From assembly GCA_052327205.1 (NCBI GenBank), contig CM126203.1, forward strand, positions 90,458,001 to 90,522,000: a stretch of 64,000 nt of DNA, in the 5' to 3' direction. Every line of letters begins with the position of its first letter. The first letter of the stretch is position 1. Source of the stretch: Somniosus microcephalus (taxonomy: Eukaryota). Below are positions 1 to 13,765 of the stretch, piece after piece. The notes under the pieces were generated by a model. The model saw only the letters and a program-made list of their open reading frames with translations, ran no database searches and was not told the DNA's origin. Position numbers and translations under genes: made by a program.

Positions 1-2950
1 GAAAAACAAAAGTGACAGGCAGAGAAATCAAGGCTTTAAATCAAACATGGTCACAGTAAATAATAATTCTAAAAGATCTAAGAGCGTTAAAAAAACAAGC
101 CTGAAGGCTTTGTGTCTTAATGCGAGGAGCATTCGTAATAAGGTGGATGAATTGATTGGGATTACAGAAACATGGCTCCAGGGTGGCCAAGGCTGGGAAC
201 TCAACATCCAGGGTTATTCAATATTCAGGAAAGATAGGCAAAAAGGAAAAGGAGGTGGGGTAGCATTGCTGGTTAAGGAGGGGATTAACACAATTGAAAG
301 GAAGGATATTAGCTCTGATGATGTGGAATCTGTATGGGTAGAACTGAGACATACCATGAGGCAGAAAACGTTAGTAGGAGTGGTATATAGACCTCCAAAC
401 AGTAATGCGGAGGTCGGGGATGGCATTAAATGGGAAATTAGAGAAGCGTGCAATAAGGGCACAGCAGTTATCATGGGTGACTTTAATCGACATATAGATT
501 GGGCTAACCAAATTAGTAACAATACTGTGGAGGAGGAATTCCTGGAGTGTATACAGCATGCTTTCCTGGACCAATATGTCGAAGAACCAACTAGAGATCA
601 GGCCATCTTAGACTGGGTATTATGTAATGAGAAAGGATTAATTAGCAATCTTGTTGTGCGAGGCCCCTTGGGTCGGAGCGATCATAATATGATAGAATTC
701 TTCATTAAGATGGAGAGTGAAATAGTTGACACAGAGACTAGGGTCCTGAATTTAAATAGACTACGATGGTATGAGGTGCGAGTTGGGTAGGATTGATTGG
801 GGAATGTCACTCAAAGGGTTGACGGTGGATGGGCAATGGCAAACATTCAAAGATCGCATGGATGAACTGCAGAATTTGCTCATCCCAGTTTGGCATAAAA
901 ATAAAACAAAAAAGGTGACTCAACCGTGGCTAACAAGGGAAATTAGGGATAGCATAAGATCCAAGGAGAGGACATATAAATTGGCCAGAAAAAGCAGTAA
1001 ACCTGAAGATTGGGAGCAGTTTAGGATCCAACAAAGGATGACAAAAGAATTAATTAAGAGGGGGAAAATAGAGTATGAGAGTAAGCTTGCAAGGAACATA
1101 AAAACTGACTGTAAAAGCTTTTATAGATATGTGAAGAGAAAAAGATTGGTGAAGTCAAGCGTAGGTCCCTTACAGTCAGAATCAGGGAATTTATAATGGA
1201 GAACAAAGAATTGGCAGACCAATTAAATACATACTTTGGTTCTGTCTTCACAAAGGAGGACACAAATAACCTCCCAAAGATGTCGGGGAACATAGGGCCT
1301 AATGACAGGGAGGAACTGCTAGAAATCAGTATTTGTAGGGAAATTGATGGGATTGAGGGCCGATAAATCCCCAGGGCCTGATAATATACATCCTAGGGTA
1401 CTTAAGGAAGTGGCCCTAGAAATAGTAGATGCATTGCTGGTCATCTTCCAAAATTCGATAGACTCTGGAGCAGTACCCATGGATTGGAGGGTAGCTAATG
1501 TTGCCCCACTGTTCAAAAAGGGTGGTAGAGAGAAAACGGGGAATTATAGACCGGTAAGCCTGACATCGGTAGTGGGGAAAATGCTAGAGTCCATTATAAA
1601 AGATGTAATAGCAGAGCACTTGGAAAAAAGTGACCAGATCGGACAAAGTCAACATGGATTTACAAAAGGTAAATCGTGCTTGACTAATCTACTGGAATTT
1701 TTTGAGGATGTAACTGGTAAAATAGATAAGGGAGAACCAGTGGATGTGGTGTATTTGGATTTTCAAAAGGCTTTCGATAAGGTCCCGCATAAGAGATTAG
1801 CGTGTAAAATTAAGGCACATGGGATTGGGGGCAAGGTATTGACTTGGATAGAGAACTGGTTGGCAGACAGAAAGCAAAGAATTGGAATAAACGGCTCTTT
1901 TTCCGAGTGGCAGGCAGTGACTAGTGGGGTACCGCAGGGATCGGTCCTTGGACCCCAGCTATTCACAATATATATTAATGATGATCTGGACGAGGGAACT
2001 AGATGTAATATCTCCAAGTTTGCAGACGACACAAAGTTGGGTGGGCGTGTGTGCTGTGAGGAGGATGCTGAGAAACTTCAGTATGATTTGGACAGGTTGG
2101 GTGATTGGGCAGAAGCATGGCAGATGCAATATAACGTGGATAAATGCGAGGTTATCCACTTTGTTGTCAAAAACAGGAAGGCAGATTATTATCTGAATGG
2201 CAATAGATTGGGAGAAGGGGAAGTGCAACGAGACCTGGGCGTCCTTGTGCACCAGTCACTGAAAGTAAGCATGCAGGTGCAGCAGGCGGTTAAGAAGGCA
2301 AATGATATGTTGGCCTTCGTAGCGAGAGGGTTTGAGTACAGGAACAAGGATGTCTTGCTGCAGTTATACAGGGCCTTGGTGAGACCACATCTTGAGTATT
2401 GTGTGCAGTTTTGGTCGCCTTATCTGAGGATGGATGTTCTTGCCATGGAAGGAGTTCAACGAAGATTCACCAGGCTGATACCTGGGATGGCAGGAATGAC
2501 GTATGAGGAGAGATTGGGTCGATTGAGCTGGTACTCGCTGGAGTTTAGAAGAATGAGAGGGGATTTCATCGAAACTTATAAAATTCTAACAGGACTGGAC
2601 AGACTAGATGCTGGAAGGATGTTCCCGATGGTCGGCGAGTCCAGAACCAGGGGTCGCAGTCTAAGGATAAGGGGTAAGCCATTTAGGACAGAGATGAGGA
2701 GGAATTTCTTCACCCAGAGAGTGATGAACCTGTGGAATTCTCTGCCAAAGAAGGCAGTAGAGGCCAATTCATTAAATATATTCAAGAAGGAGTTGAATAT
2801 ATTTCTTAAGGCTAAAGGGATCAAGGGATATGGAGAGAAGGCAAGAACAGGGTACTGAATTTGGATGATCAGCCATGATCTCATTGAATGGCGGAGCAGG
2901 CTCGAGTGGCCGAATGGCCTACTCCTGCTCCTATCTTCTATGTTTCTATG
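1..2950 (+). mobile_element. CR1-clade (HER1-like) LINE, ORF2 region to 3' end, running off the window start
   Basis: ORFs 47-790, 771-1196 and 1344-2858 carry APE endonuclease motifs (GITETWL, MGDFN, SDH) and RT motifs (QHGF, LDFQKAFDKV, GVPQGSVLGP, FADD). The 3' UTR ends in TTCTATGTTTCTATG at about 2950. Confidence 0.95.
47..2858 (+). pseudogene. LINE ORF2 (APE endonuclease + reverse transcriptase), frameshifted
   Basis: Three consecutive ORFs in different frames cover APE, linker and RT; small deletions relative to the sister copy at 15-18 kb. Confidence 0.9.
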
Positions 2951-3117
2951 AAATAGGTCCTTCCTATCCACATTATCTAGGCCCCTCATAATTGTAGGCC
3001 CCTCATAATTGTATACACCTCAATTAAATCTCTCCTCAGCCTCCTCTGTTCTAAAGAAAACAACCCCAGCCTATCCAATCTTTCCTCGTAGCTAAAATTC
3101 TCCAGTCCTGGCAACAT
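2951..3117 (-). mobile_element. Older CR1 LINE fragment (RT C-terminal region)
   Basis: Minus strand encodes MRGLDNVDRKDLF, resembling MRGIDRVDRKELF in the 34-36 kb copy; includes a tandem duplication of AGGCCCCTCATAATTGT. Confidence 0.75.
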
Positions 3118-3437
3118 GATGGGCATGGAATGCATAGTTTCTCTGAATAGGTAAATATCTCATTTCCTTTAGTCCAGGGAGCTGAAGTTAGCTAAGCTAT
3201 GGTCTAGAGATCCTGAAGTATGCTCAGGTGTCAGATTGCCAGGTCTGCCATGGAGCATTGACTTGGTTCCAATCTTCCATCATCATGCGTAACATCTTGG
3301 AACCAACTTAACCCCAAGGAGACCCTGCTTAACACCCCCAGGTAGAATTCAGCAGACAGTGTCACACCTATTTGCTTCCAACTGAATTGCAATTAAGTGA
3401 GAGTTCTTCAAACAACATGTGAAAAAGAGTATATCAT

Positions 3438-4199
3438 GGCCCAGTAATTCGGGTCCCAATGCGTGAGTACGGACGGAGTACTCACGCGTGGACCCAATGG
3501 AAGTGCCGGAATCTTGCATGCACTACGCATGCGCGGGAAACCGGCACTTCCAATCCTCTGAACCAAGGGGTTCAGAGGTCAAACACGTGCGCGCGGGAGT
3601 CTGCGCGTGCGCGTTGAACTTCCTTTTTTTTCAGGTTTTAACATGCGGGTAAGTCTGTGCATTTTAGAAATGTAAAAGGCAGCCGTAAGGACTTCATTTT
3701 CAAAGGTAAGTGGTCAATTATTTAAAATTAAAACATTTTTTCCACAGGTTTTTACTTTTAAATACTTTAAAGCAAGGTAAGTTTATTTTTAGCCCCGTTT
3801 TTTTATTTAAAAATTTTTTTCAAAAATTTAAATGTTGGTTTAAAATAGTTATTTAATGTCATTTATAGTTTATTTACAAAGTGTGATTTAAAAAAAAAAT
3901 TATTTGAAGGTAAAGTACAGTTTTACAGCCTCAGCATTTATACGTTTTGACAGGTCTATCTGTGAAGACTTATGAATGGAGCATTCCCTGCTCCGATTGG
4001 CTGCCTGTTGCTCACGTGATCCCAGGGCACGCTTCGCACTAACTACGCCCCTGGAACACGCCAGCATAGCGCGCCGGCCTCTGGGACAGGCCTCGGAGAG
4101 CAATTCCACGCAGGCCAAGAGGTCAACTGCCGGCACGCTAGGTAAGTGTAGGTCGGGGGCTTGCACCCGCGGGAAGCCCCCAACCCGAATTTCTGGGCC
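3438..4199. mobile_element. Non-autonomous DNA transposon (MITE), Harbinger-type GGCC termini
   Basis: TIRs GGCCCAGTAATTCGGG / CCCGAATTTCTGGGCC (one mismatch); GC-rich arms and AT-rich centre; internal similarity to 43020-43702; flanks CAT/ATT. Confidence 0.8.
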
Positions 4200-4314
4200 A
4201 TTAAATATAGGCATTTCTCATTTTAACCTTTCTGCATGGATTAATGGAAGTATTGTGTTTGTATATCTGTTAGGCTAGTGCCGGTACACAGAGGTAGTAT
4301 AAGACTGGAAGGGG

Positions 4315-4650
4315 GAAGCTCCCCTGATGGACCAGCTGGTTAAAGGGATGGGTAGCTGAGCCAAACAAACTAGGAAGGTCCCAGGTTGAATCTCTGGTTT
4401 GTGCTGTGTTAGGTAATCTCAACCAGGATGCTACAATGAGCCTCAGCACCTCCTGGGTGAGGGAAGGAAAAAGTAACCAGGGTTCCCACTCTTGATCGCT
4501 ATCCAACAACCCCTGCAGGAAGTCTACCTTGTGGATGTCATGTGAAGACAGGCTCAAACTTACCTGTTGTGTTTCCCCCACAGTGGAATAGCCTGCCAAC
4601 ACTCACTATTTAGGCTCATTCATGAATAATAGGCACTCAGGTAAGGTAAC
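4315..4650 (+). mobile_element. Old tRNA-derived SINE, family unassigned
   Basis: Degenerate B-box-like CCCAGGTTGAATCTC then a body; a related inverted fragment lies near 29650-29800. Confidence 0.5.
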
Positions 4651-4691
4651 AGATGGGATGTGGGGAGGAAACTGACAGAAAGGAAAACAAT

Positions 4692-5334
4692 GGCCCGGAA
4701 TTTGTGGTCAGCAGCGAAGTGAAGGCGTTCACCGCTGGCTCCGAAGTACGCTCCGCACAGGGAACGCGCAATCCCTGTGTAGAGGACTTCAGGTTTTCCG
4801 ACCTGGAATTCAATTCAACAGAACTTAATGGGGATCCACTTGTGCGAAGCGCTGTGACATCAATAGGCTCTGTGACATCAATAGGCTGTCTAAGCGGCCA
4901 ATCAAAAGGAAGAATTCTCACAGACAACGAACAAGGAAGTGCATAAGCCCTTAAAATTCTAACTTTTTTTAAGTTTCTTATTAAAATGGACAAATTTTAC
5001 ACTGCACAGCCCTTAACATTTGTTTAGCAGTCAATACGCTGTTAAAACTCCAGTTACATCTAATCCCTTTGGGTCTACCTTTTAGTGGGGAATTTAACAG
5101 CATGCTTACTGTGGAAGAGTTGAAGTTTTCATCAGTTTCAATGATTTACGAGATTTCACTGATTGTCGGCTCTGTGGGGGAGGGGCGCACAGCGCAGCCA
5201 GTTTCGGAGTCGTCATTGACAGACCACAACTTCAGGCTTCCATGCACCAAATACCGAAGTTGCGGTCAGTTTCAAAGGCAGTATGACCGCGTACTCTGAA
5301 CGTACACCGTCATACCGACCGCAAATTCAGAGCC
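4692..5334. mobile_element. Harbinger-type MITE
   Basis: Imperfect TIRs GGCCCGGAATTTGTGGTC / GACCGCAAATTCAGAGCC with a 3-bp TSD AAT (4689-4691 and 5335-5337). Confidence 0.8.
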
Positions 5335-5833
5335 AATATATTTTTTAAATGACTTGGCCAAATTCTTTGTGCTTTAGAAGGGGTTACAGCCACTTGCGTT
5401 GGAGTCATCTGAGATGGGTGCAGCAATAGCAGAACATTTCTGGGGAATGCAATAGTTTGAGCCTCCCACCCAAGGCTATTTAAAAACTGTAGCAGCTCAG
5501 CAGTTTGTCTTCTGATCACAGAATCCAGGACATTTTTCACCTGCAGACAAGCCACTTTAGGCATTTTAGTCATGTCGTTGTTGAGGAAACTCATCCATGA
5601 GACAGAAGACTGCCAGAGTCCAATGGCCTGCATATCTTCCAACCTCTGGTCCAGCTAATCAGAGGCGCAAGCCACAGAAATCAGGAACACCTGTTACCGG
5701 CTGTGTGCACCACATCAAATCTGCCAATTTGCAATCTGTTTGTATTCATTTACTCTGGCTCTCAAAATGATTTAAATGATTGCATCTTTTTTTTTCCAGC
5801 TCCATTAAAGCTTGCAGTTTCTTTTAACATCAA

Positions 5834-6540
5834 GGCCTAGAAATTCGGTGGCGCCCCGTTCGCCTGGGTGCCAGAATTTCCACTCCGGACGGAGCCGATT
5901 GCGCCAGCGCGATATTCAGTTTCAGCGCCCCAAACAGAAGCGGGGCGCTGCTCAAGGCGCCCCGCGTCCCTCTTGGGGCGCTGAAACTGAATATCGCAGC
6001 GCAACGTGCCGCAGCGCCACACGCTGCGGCACGGCGCACTGCGGTACTGCAGGCCTTCCTCCCCTTCTTAAAGGGGAGGGGCCTGCACCGGCGCGATCTC
6101 TGATCGCGAGTGCCGGCAAAAGAGTCTGGCACCGAGGAGAAGTGCCGGGCTCTTGGGACACAGCCAGCACTGCCCGGGGAGGGGATCAGGAGGCCGGGGA
6201 TGGCGGCGCGAGGAGGTGCTGGCAGGCGGCCAGCGAAAAAAATGGCTGCCCCGCACCTCCCCTTTAATTAGCGCCACTACTGCCACAGGTAGGCCCCCCT
6301 GAACCGGTCGCGAATTGCGACCAGCGCTACGGGGGGGGGGCACGACCTAATATCGCATTCGGGGCGGTAGCAGGGCGCTGCGCACACCGATGGTGTCATC
6401 GGTGGAGGCACAGTGCTACAGGCTAACGCCGCCATTAGCGCCCCGCTAAATTTCGTGGGAGGTATGGCCAGTGGCGCTAAAACCACTAAGTGCCCTCTTT
6501 AGGCGCTAACTGGTGGCGCAGCCCACCGAATTTCTAGGCC
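5834..6540. mobile_element. Harbinger MITE related to the 52499-56996 element
   Basis: Perfect 18-bp TIR GGCCTAGAAATTCGGTGG; 3-bp TSD CAA (5831-5833, 6541-6543); many AGCGCC/GGCGCT motifs. Confidence 0.9.
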
Positions 6541-8224
6541 CAAATGTCTTTTCAACAAAGGCCTTTTAGACAATTTTGTGTATCAGATATTACTATGACA
6601 AAACACACAGTGAAGGGAAATGATAGCAAACCAGTTTGAAATTATTTTTTAATAATCTCACCAACGGTGGCGTGATTTCCAGGGACACAAGACTACACGG
6701 CGAGTAAGCACTGTCCTATAAATAGCTGTAAAATGTATAATTTAATTTGGACGGGAAGGTCCGCTGCACAAGTCAGTCACACAAAGCCGCTTGGTTGCTA
6801 TTATTGTCAGTCTCCAGAACACAACTGTTACTGTATTGGTGTGGGTCATGCACCGAGGGGCAAGTTACTTATGTCAGTGACTAAAGGCTATATAGTATCA
6901 AATATAATATGTGAATGTTTGGCTCCAAAACGTCTTAATATGCATCCAGCAAAATGACACACAAATCAGCGCCAGCTGTTGGGTCTACGAAGTTGTAGGC
7001 ATCGCCCTACATGCTATTCTGGGTCCTTAAGGATGGTAATAGTACATTCCTGCGATCTCCGAGCAAAAAATGACCACCTCCAACCTCTGAATCACACCCA
7101 AACCAAAACGATACCTGCCAATCAATAACTCCCACATGATGCATCATATTCTGGCAGTTGTAGTCCTGCTTCTTATCTTGTCAGTGAAGGATCCGTAGGA
7201 GGAACTCGCAGTTGGAATGAAAATTAAAAGTTCATTGTTATGATGGTCTCCAAATTCAGGAAGATTAGTGCTCAGAAATGGATAATTTCCTACCTATTTG
7301 AACCTTTGGTATGGACAGTACGTATTAGAGCTTTACCCTAACAATGTGCAATACCTGACCAGTATGACCAGTACCATCCCACTTACATCTTCCATGCACC
7401 AACTATCCTCAAGAGGATCTAATGGAGAGGCAAGAACAGTGCTCTAATAGATGTTGCCCAATTGGACAAGCTAAAACTGCAGTTTAGTTAGAGTTTCTGC
7501 CTATCAAGATGATATTTTCTGTTGTAATGATCAACTTGTGGGTTTGGGAAATTTAAATGCATGAATGAGACTGCCTTTGAACAAAATATTAAATGGAATT
7601 TTCTAAATAGCCCTTACAAGTGAAGAATTGGTTTTTAATGCATTAATTAGTATCAGTCAAAACTATTCAGCACTGGCATCACGGAACAGAAGCTGATCTT
7701 AACGGCTGACAACAAATTCTGTTTAAAAGAAGTTTACCTTCATTAATACTGTTTTTTGGGCTCCAATTGGATTGCAGTCTGCCTTCGACTAGACATTATA
7801 ACATACTTCAATCACTTCTGCAGCCCTAGGGAGAATAGCGCATTGATATAGTCCTCAGTGAAATCTATGCAGTATTTTCTGTATCTTTGAATGTATTTTT
7901 GTGTCATTAGAAAATTACATTAAAAATTGAAAAGCTTCCACAATTGCATTTTATTAAACATGCTGTGCTTAATGTGCATAAATGATGGTGTGATAGCTTC
8001 AAACTTTAATTATACTTATATGGACTTAAAGAAGAAATGTGGAGTTAATTCTGTATTTTCTGGATTGTTCACACTGATTTCACGTTCCGGTGTATGTTAA
8101 TATGATTCTCAGCAAACTTTGCCGTAAGTTTCTGGTTACACGTTGCAGAAAATTCTGGGTCAATCAGCAGAGGACTGACAAGAGGTAGAGGAATGGAGAC
8201 TGCTTGTCATACTATTCATATGCT

Positions 8225-8385
8225 TGACATTAGTGAACCAGTTGGGTTTTTACGAGAATCCCACATGGTCAGTTTTACTGATATCAGCCTTTGTTTCAAA
8301 TGCTCAAACTGCTATTGTAGGATTTGAATTTACATTCTCTGGATTACTAGTCCAGTAACATAACTACTACACGACCAAACCCCCA
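8225..8385 (-). mobile_element. Degenerate tRNA-derived SINE head
   Basis: Minus strand reads GTAGTAGTTATGTTACTGGACTAGTAATCCAGAG...AATTCAAATCC, an A-box/B-box-like arrangement. Confidence 0.5.
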
Positions 8386-9843
8386 TTCAATTTACTGAAT
8401 GCTACATAGAGACAGTTTTTAACTGCCAAGAGCTTCTTCACACAAACACATCTGATACACACACATCAAACACACACACACACAAACATTGGCCTATATT
8501 TTCAACTTGTTAAAAAATAAAACTACCTCATGATCTTTAAACAATTGTCCCTGTTCACACTTTTTGTCAGTCTAGTGTTAAGGGTTTGCAGCCTTACAAT
8601 ATCTGTTAATCAAAGCATTTGCCCTATGGCAGAGACAACCAGATCAATACGAACTGCACCTCACCTACATTCCTGTATGAACTCTTAAAGCTGACTGGCT
8701 TGTCAGCTTCATATTGCCACTGAAAAGTCCCCATGGGTTGTTTTGGTAAATAAAACCGCAGACGTACACCTGTCAGTCAAAGATGTGCTAAATACGCTTG
8801 TTGGATGTAAGATGACTTCTAATGGCCTAAAAATTAAGCCAGGTCACTCTGAGCTATTGAGCAGGATAGGATCAGAATTTCATGTCAAGGATAAAAGTCA
8901 GATTCAAAGACAGCTATAATGTAAACTTGTCAACAGCAAGGTAGCACTGAGATTATGGTGCGTGGAACTCATGTAAACTTCCTGAATAAGCCAAAAATGT
9001 TTGCATGTAGGGAAACAAAAACTCAATTGTATATTTTCTTTAAATTGTCTTCAGATACTAACAAAAGGCTTCAGCTCATCTGGTGGGGAGGATGTTATAA
9101 TGGGGTACCGACACCTGCCTGCTGATATTTAATACTTATGCTCAACAGTGTGGCCTAAATATTGGGCTGCGACCAGTTTTGGGCACGCGAAGGACATACT
9201 TCATGCACGCCTGCTCAGAAGAACAAGATAAAACAGAAGACAGCGTGAACGGTGCAGGACATTACCGTAAGTCTCCTGGCCAATTTTAACTGCCCGCCCA
9301 GTGTCGACCGGGAGGGTAGGGTTAAGCTCGCCCCTTTGGTATGCCCCCCCAAAAAATTGCTTTTTAAAGAGCATACTTAAAATTTGTAAGTACAAACATT
9401 AGTGATAGTAGGCAAACACAAACACTAAGGATAGGTACTAAATTTACCACAGCTAACACAAGTCATGTAGGTTGCATTTTGTGGCTTAACATCTCCTCAT
9501 TTTCTTTCTGCTCTCCTTCAGTGAAGAGAATAGGATTGACTTGGTCATAGGAAACTTCACACTATTAATGCTGCTCTCTGAGATGAGGCAGCAGGTAGTT
9601 TTATTCAATTATAACAAGGTAGACATTAGTTTTTAAACTTTACTGTCTTTCAAAGTGAGCAACTGCCACTCAGTAGGAGTACTTTAGACTTTGTGCAATA
9701 ATGTAAAACAGGTGATAGTGGATTTTTTTTCCATTAACTTCAATATAAATAAAAATTGGGAGGGATGTAAGACGGGCTGCTGAAGCTGCCAATTCACTAT
9801 CAGCCGTTTTACACTATCGCATGAATTCAAAATCTACCCCACT

Positions 9844-10232
9844 GTGTCAGCCTTGGCTCAGTAAATTTACTCACGTCTCTGAGACAGTGGGTTGTGGTTT
9901 CAAACTGTGCCAGAATTTGAACACATAACCTATGTTGTTATTTCAGTACAGTACTGGGGGAGTGCTAGATTGCCAGAAGTGCTTCCTTTTAGATATGGTA
10001 TCAAATAGAGGTCCTGTCTGACCCTCAGCAGATGTAAAAGATCCCTGGCACTATCTGAAGAAAAGCAGCAGAGATATTCTGATTAAAATTTTTCGTTCAA
10101 CCAGCACCACCAGTGTTTGCTACAAAACAATAATAACTACACTTCAAAAGTAATTTATTGGCTGTAAAGCACTTTGGAGCATTCTGAGGGCATGAAAGGC
10201 AGTATATGAATGCAAATTATTTAATTCTTTCT
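9844..10232 (+). mobile_element. SacSINE1/Deu-domain SINE, degenerate
   Basis: tRNA-like head GTGTCAGCCTTGGCTCAGT, central GATGTAAAAGATCCCTGGCACTAT and L2-like tail; homologous to copies at 44177, 46138 and 62816. Confidence 0.75.
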
Positions 10233-10380
10233 TATCGATCTATAAATAAAAACAAGATAAGATAGTAGCAACTGGAAAATATTTGCAATAAAATAATTTT
10301 GAAATTATTAACTGCATGAACAATTTTCAAATAATCTTTTCACCAAACTCAAAGACTTGCTATTTGTGAAATATTTACTG

Positions 10381-10800
10381 CAACAACAACAACAATTTCA
10401 ATTATGTACAGCAGCTTGAATGTAGAGAAATGTCACAAGGCACTTCACTGAGGCTGTCATCAGAGAAAGATGGAGGATGAGACAAAAAACATATAAGGAA
10501 GGTGACCAAAAGCTTGGTCAAAGAGATGGTTTTTAGGAGAGTCTTAAAGGAGAGGACAGTGGCGACACAGGGGGATGGAGAGGCTTAGGGAGGGAATTCC
10601 AGAGCACGGGGCCTAGACAGCTGAAGGCACAGCCACCAATTGTAAGGGAAAGGGGGGGGGGGGGGGGGGGGCTGGGGAATACATAAGAGGCCAGAGTTGG
10701 AGGAACGCAGAGTTCTGGGAGGCATGTAGTAGGACTGTATGAGGTTACAGAGGTTGGGAGGGGTGAGACCATGAGGGATTTAAACACGAGCATGAGAATC
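10381..10800 (-). mobile_element. L2-clade LINE 3' fragment
   Basis: (CAA)n tail; minus-strand translation IGGCAFSCLGPVLWNSLPKPL resembles an L2 ORF2 C-terminus; shares GGTGACCAAAAGCTTGGTCAAAGAG with the 19801 copy. Confidence 0.75.
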
Positions 10801-11744
10801 TTTCCCTTACCCTATTAATTCTTTGCCGTATTGTGAAAAAGATGACAATTGCAAAGATTCCCTGACCAAGCAGCACCTAAAGCTCCAGATCAGTACCTGC
10901 TTTCCTTGGGACCACAAGTCCATTCCTTTGCTCAGAAATGATATCTACGGCGTGGATGGCATTGGCTATGTAAACAAATCAAACTCAAGTTCAAACCTGC
11001 ATTTCTTTACATTAAAAAAACTGCTTCCATCAGATGGCATCTTGTATTTGTTTTTAGTGATTCGGTGTTATATAAAAAGCAAAATGCTTCTCAGAAAGAA
11101 ATATCTTTTCCATTTTCAAATTTTTGTGTATACTTCAGTGCAACACAATGTGAAATGTGTTATTGTTTTGTACTCATAGTTTGCACTTTGTACTTTAAAA
11201 AAGCATACTTTAGTGCTCAGTGAACCAGCTTCTGTGTAGTGCATGCTATCCTTCAGCAACATGCATGTCTTCCCAACCAACAAACCCCCTCATCCACTCT
11301 CTACCTTGACACTCCCTTTCCCCTTTGCCCCTCTCATCTGTCTGCTTCTTCCAACTCCTTTCCCTCTGGGAATTAAATGCTTCAAACAAATAAAAATAAT
11401 ATTACAAGGGGAAACTGGAGCTTTGACATTGAAAATGACACTGTATATTTTGTTTATCTGTACCTTCAAGCAGCTCGTTCATTTATTTATTCAATATATG
11501 TAGAGCCTGAACTTTCTTGGGTTATCCTGATCTCCCATCGTAACTTCAGCGGAAGGTTGGTGGAACTCCCAGAGAAATGGGATAAACGACTGTTTTCAGT
11601 TGTTTCTCCGAGTACTCCACCAATCTCCAGGTGAAATTATGGTTGGAGATTGGGGCAATCCAGGCTGAAATTCAGGAACATTCTGTACATATGTTAGTCG
11701 ATGTCCTGTGGCGCTGTATAGAGCGAGTCAGGTCACACAGGGCT

Positions 11745-12200
11745 AGAGGATGCAAGGATAATTGAACTAAGGGAGGAGAGGACACGGGTGGAAGAGGGAG
11801 AGGGAAAAGGCATTAAGGGAGGGCAGAGAGGGAGAGAGAGTGCGAGGGTGAGGATGAGAGAGGGAATGGGTTGAGGTGAGCAGGAGGGGGAGACGAGAGG
11901 ACGGTCAGGGGAGAGGGGGGGAAATTGACAGAGGGAAAGAAGTTGGAAGAAGCAGACAGATGAGAGGGGCAAAGGGGAAAGGGAGTGTCAAGGTAGAGAG
12001 TGGACGAGGAGAGGAAAGATGAGGGGCAGAGGGAGAGTCAAGGAGATATGAGAAAAGCTGAGAATTGGGAAGAGGAAAATAGGAGAGGAGAGGGGAGAAG
12101 GGCAAAGAGGGTGAGGAGGAGATGGGGCAGAGAGGAGTAAGAGAGGGGAGAGGTGGGGGAGGAGGCACAGATAATGAGGGAAGCCTTTGGATGATGCCAC
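11745..12200 (+). repeat. Polypurine (GA-rich) low-complexity tract
   Basis: Almost exclusively G/A on the plus strand with no strict period. Confidence 0.8.
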
Positions 12201-12489
12201 AATCAGAGAGAAGGGGGTGATTTTCTCCACAGAGGTAGGGGGTACTGGCGGGAAATTTCACCTCAGCAGGGTGGGAGTGAGTTTCTCCGAAGGGTAGGGG
12301 CTGCAAGGGAGCCATTTTCTCCTCTGTGGTGGGGAGAGCAACATGTTCATTTTGACCTTAGGGGAGGTGGGTGACCGGGTTTTCCCATTATCTGGGTGGC
12401 AGGGGTTGGGACACAGATGGAATGCCTCCATTCACCAACTGGACATTTCCCAGTTTTGGGATCATACCTCTCGTCCACACTTTAAAACT

Positions 12490-13085
12490 TTGGGGAAGAT
12501 TTTTGGTTCAGGCCCAAAACGGGCCCGATATTGGCGGTGCGCCCATGGTGCCTACTCAAAGCCACAGTTGGGAGGCCGGAACCATTTTCAGGTCTGGACC
12601 TCATTTTAATTTAAACATCAACCTACATTGGAGCCAGCCAGCATGGTTTGGGGTCGAGGAGTGGGGCGTGGATCCTAGGGTGGGGGGTGAAAATGGGCCG
12701 GCAGTGGGCCAGCACATTTTTGTAGAGCCAGGAGGAATATGAAGGCTCCTCCTGGCCCCATAAAAATCTTTAGAAAAAGAGAAACTTACCTTTTCGGAGC
12801 AGCTTTCGGCAGCCTCTTTAAGGACTGCTAATAGGCCTCTCAATATCTGGAAAAAGTGGGACCAGCATGCACTTCGCTTGCTCCACTCATTTATCCATGA
12901 AAATTGCAATGGGGGACTATTTTGGGTGGAAGTGCTGGCTGCCCGTTCATAAGCCATGCCTGAAAATTGAATCAGGTGAGTAAATGGGTGCACAAGATGA
13001 CCGCCAGGTTTTCCTCTGCCAGTCTCCATTTTTGAGGTGAGAAGCCGTGAACCGGCAGTGAAAGGCCCCTTCATTTCACGGCCAG
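12490..13085. mobile_element. Degenerate MITE-like element
   Basis: GGGGAAGATTTT start and ATTTCACGGCC end; internal GAGCCAGGAGGA / AAACTTACCTT motifs shared with 27833-28290 and 17940-18070. Boundaries are approximate. Confidence 0.45.
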
Positions 13086-13765
13086 ATATGCTCACAGGTG
13101 GAAAATTACTTTCCCCGATGTTTTATTTTTCCATCCGATAGGGGCCAGAGGCCAGAAACTCAGCAGCGACTGAAGTCAATCATTTCCTTCATCTTTCGCC
13201 CCTTTCTTGAGAAGGTGTGTTTTTCTCAGGATGCAAATGGACTGTAGTTTCTGCCATCTGCCAGATTCATTCCTCAATGGTTACCGTTTCAGATATATTG
13301 GAATTGGAATCTGATCTATTTGCCCCCCCACACCCTTTAGCATGCAACCCTGCTGTGTTGTACACTTATACACAATGTATCCTGTTGTCTTTTAGTCTGT
13401 ACCAATGATCCAGTTGCACAATGAGTTTAACATCTGCACAAAAACAGTGGCTATCTTTCTTTATATAATACATTCATAAATTAACCTGGGAATTTTTTCA
13501 CACGGCTCAATCTTGGGACACGGGGAGGAAATTCAACCTCATTTCACCTGATTTTTGGGTGAAGAATTAAGGCTGGAGGGATGAGCTTTGGATCGCGATC
13601 TCTCACTCCTGATCTCCCCGGAAGTGCAGCAGCTGCAAAATGGGAAGCTGGCCACTTCCAAATGTGCAGTGCGCCCGCCCGCCTGAAACAGGCATTAGGT
13701 GCCGAGTGCATGCAACTCGGACTCCTAAAGCCATTTTTAGGATCCTGATGCAAAATTGGTGAGCA

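Noticed and set aside
5812-6486. Overlapping ORFs in GC-rich MITEs (also 3900-4278, 13942-14590, 26767-27078)
   Set aside because: Stop-poor GC-rich transposon sequence with no domain motifs.
10810-11000. Possible minus-strand exon ending at a GTAAGG donor
   Set aside because: Stops in all three frames over the full span and no recognisable product; a non-coding exon cannot be excluded.
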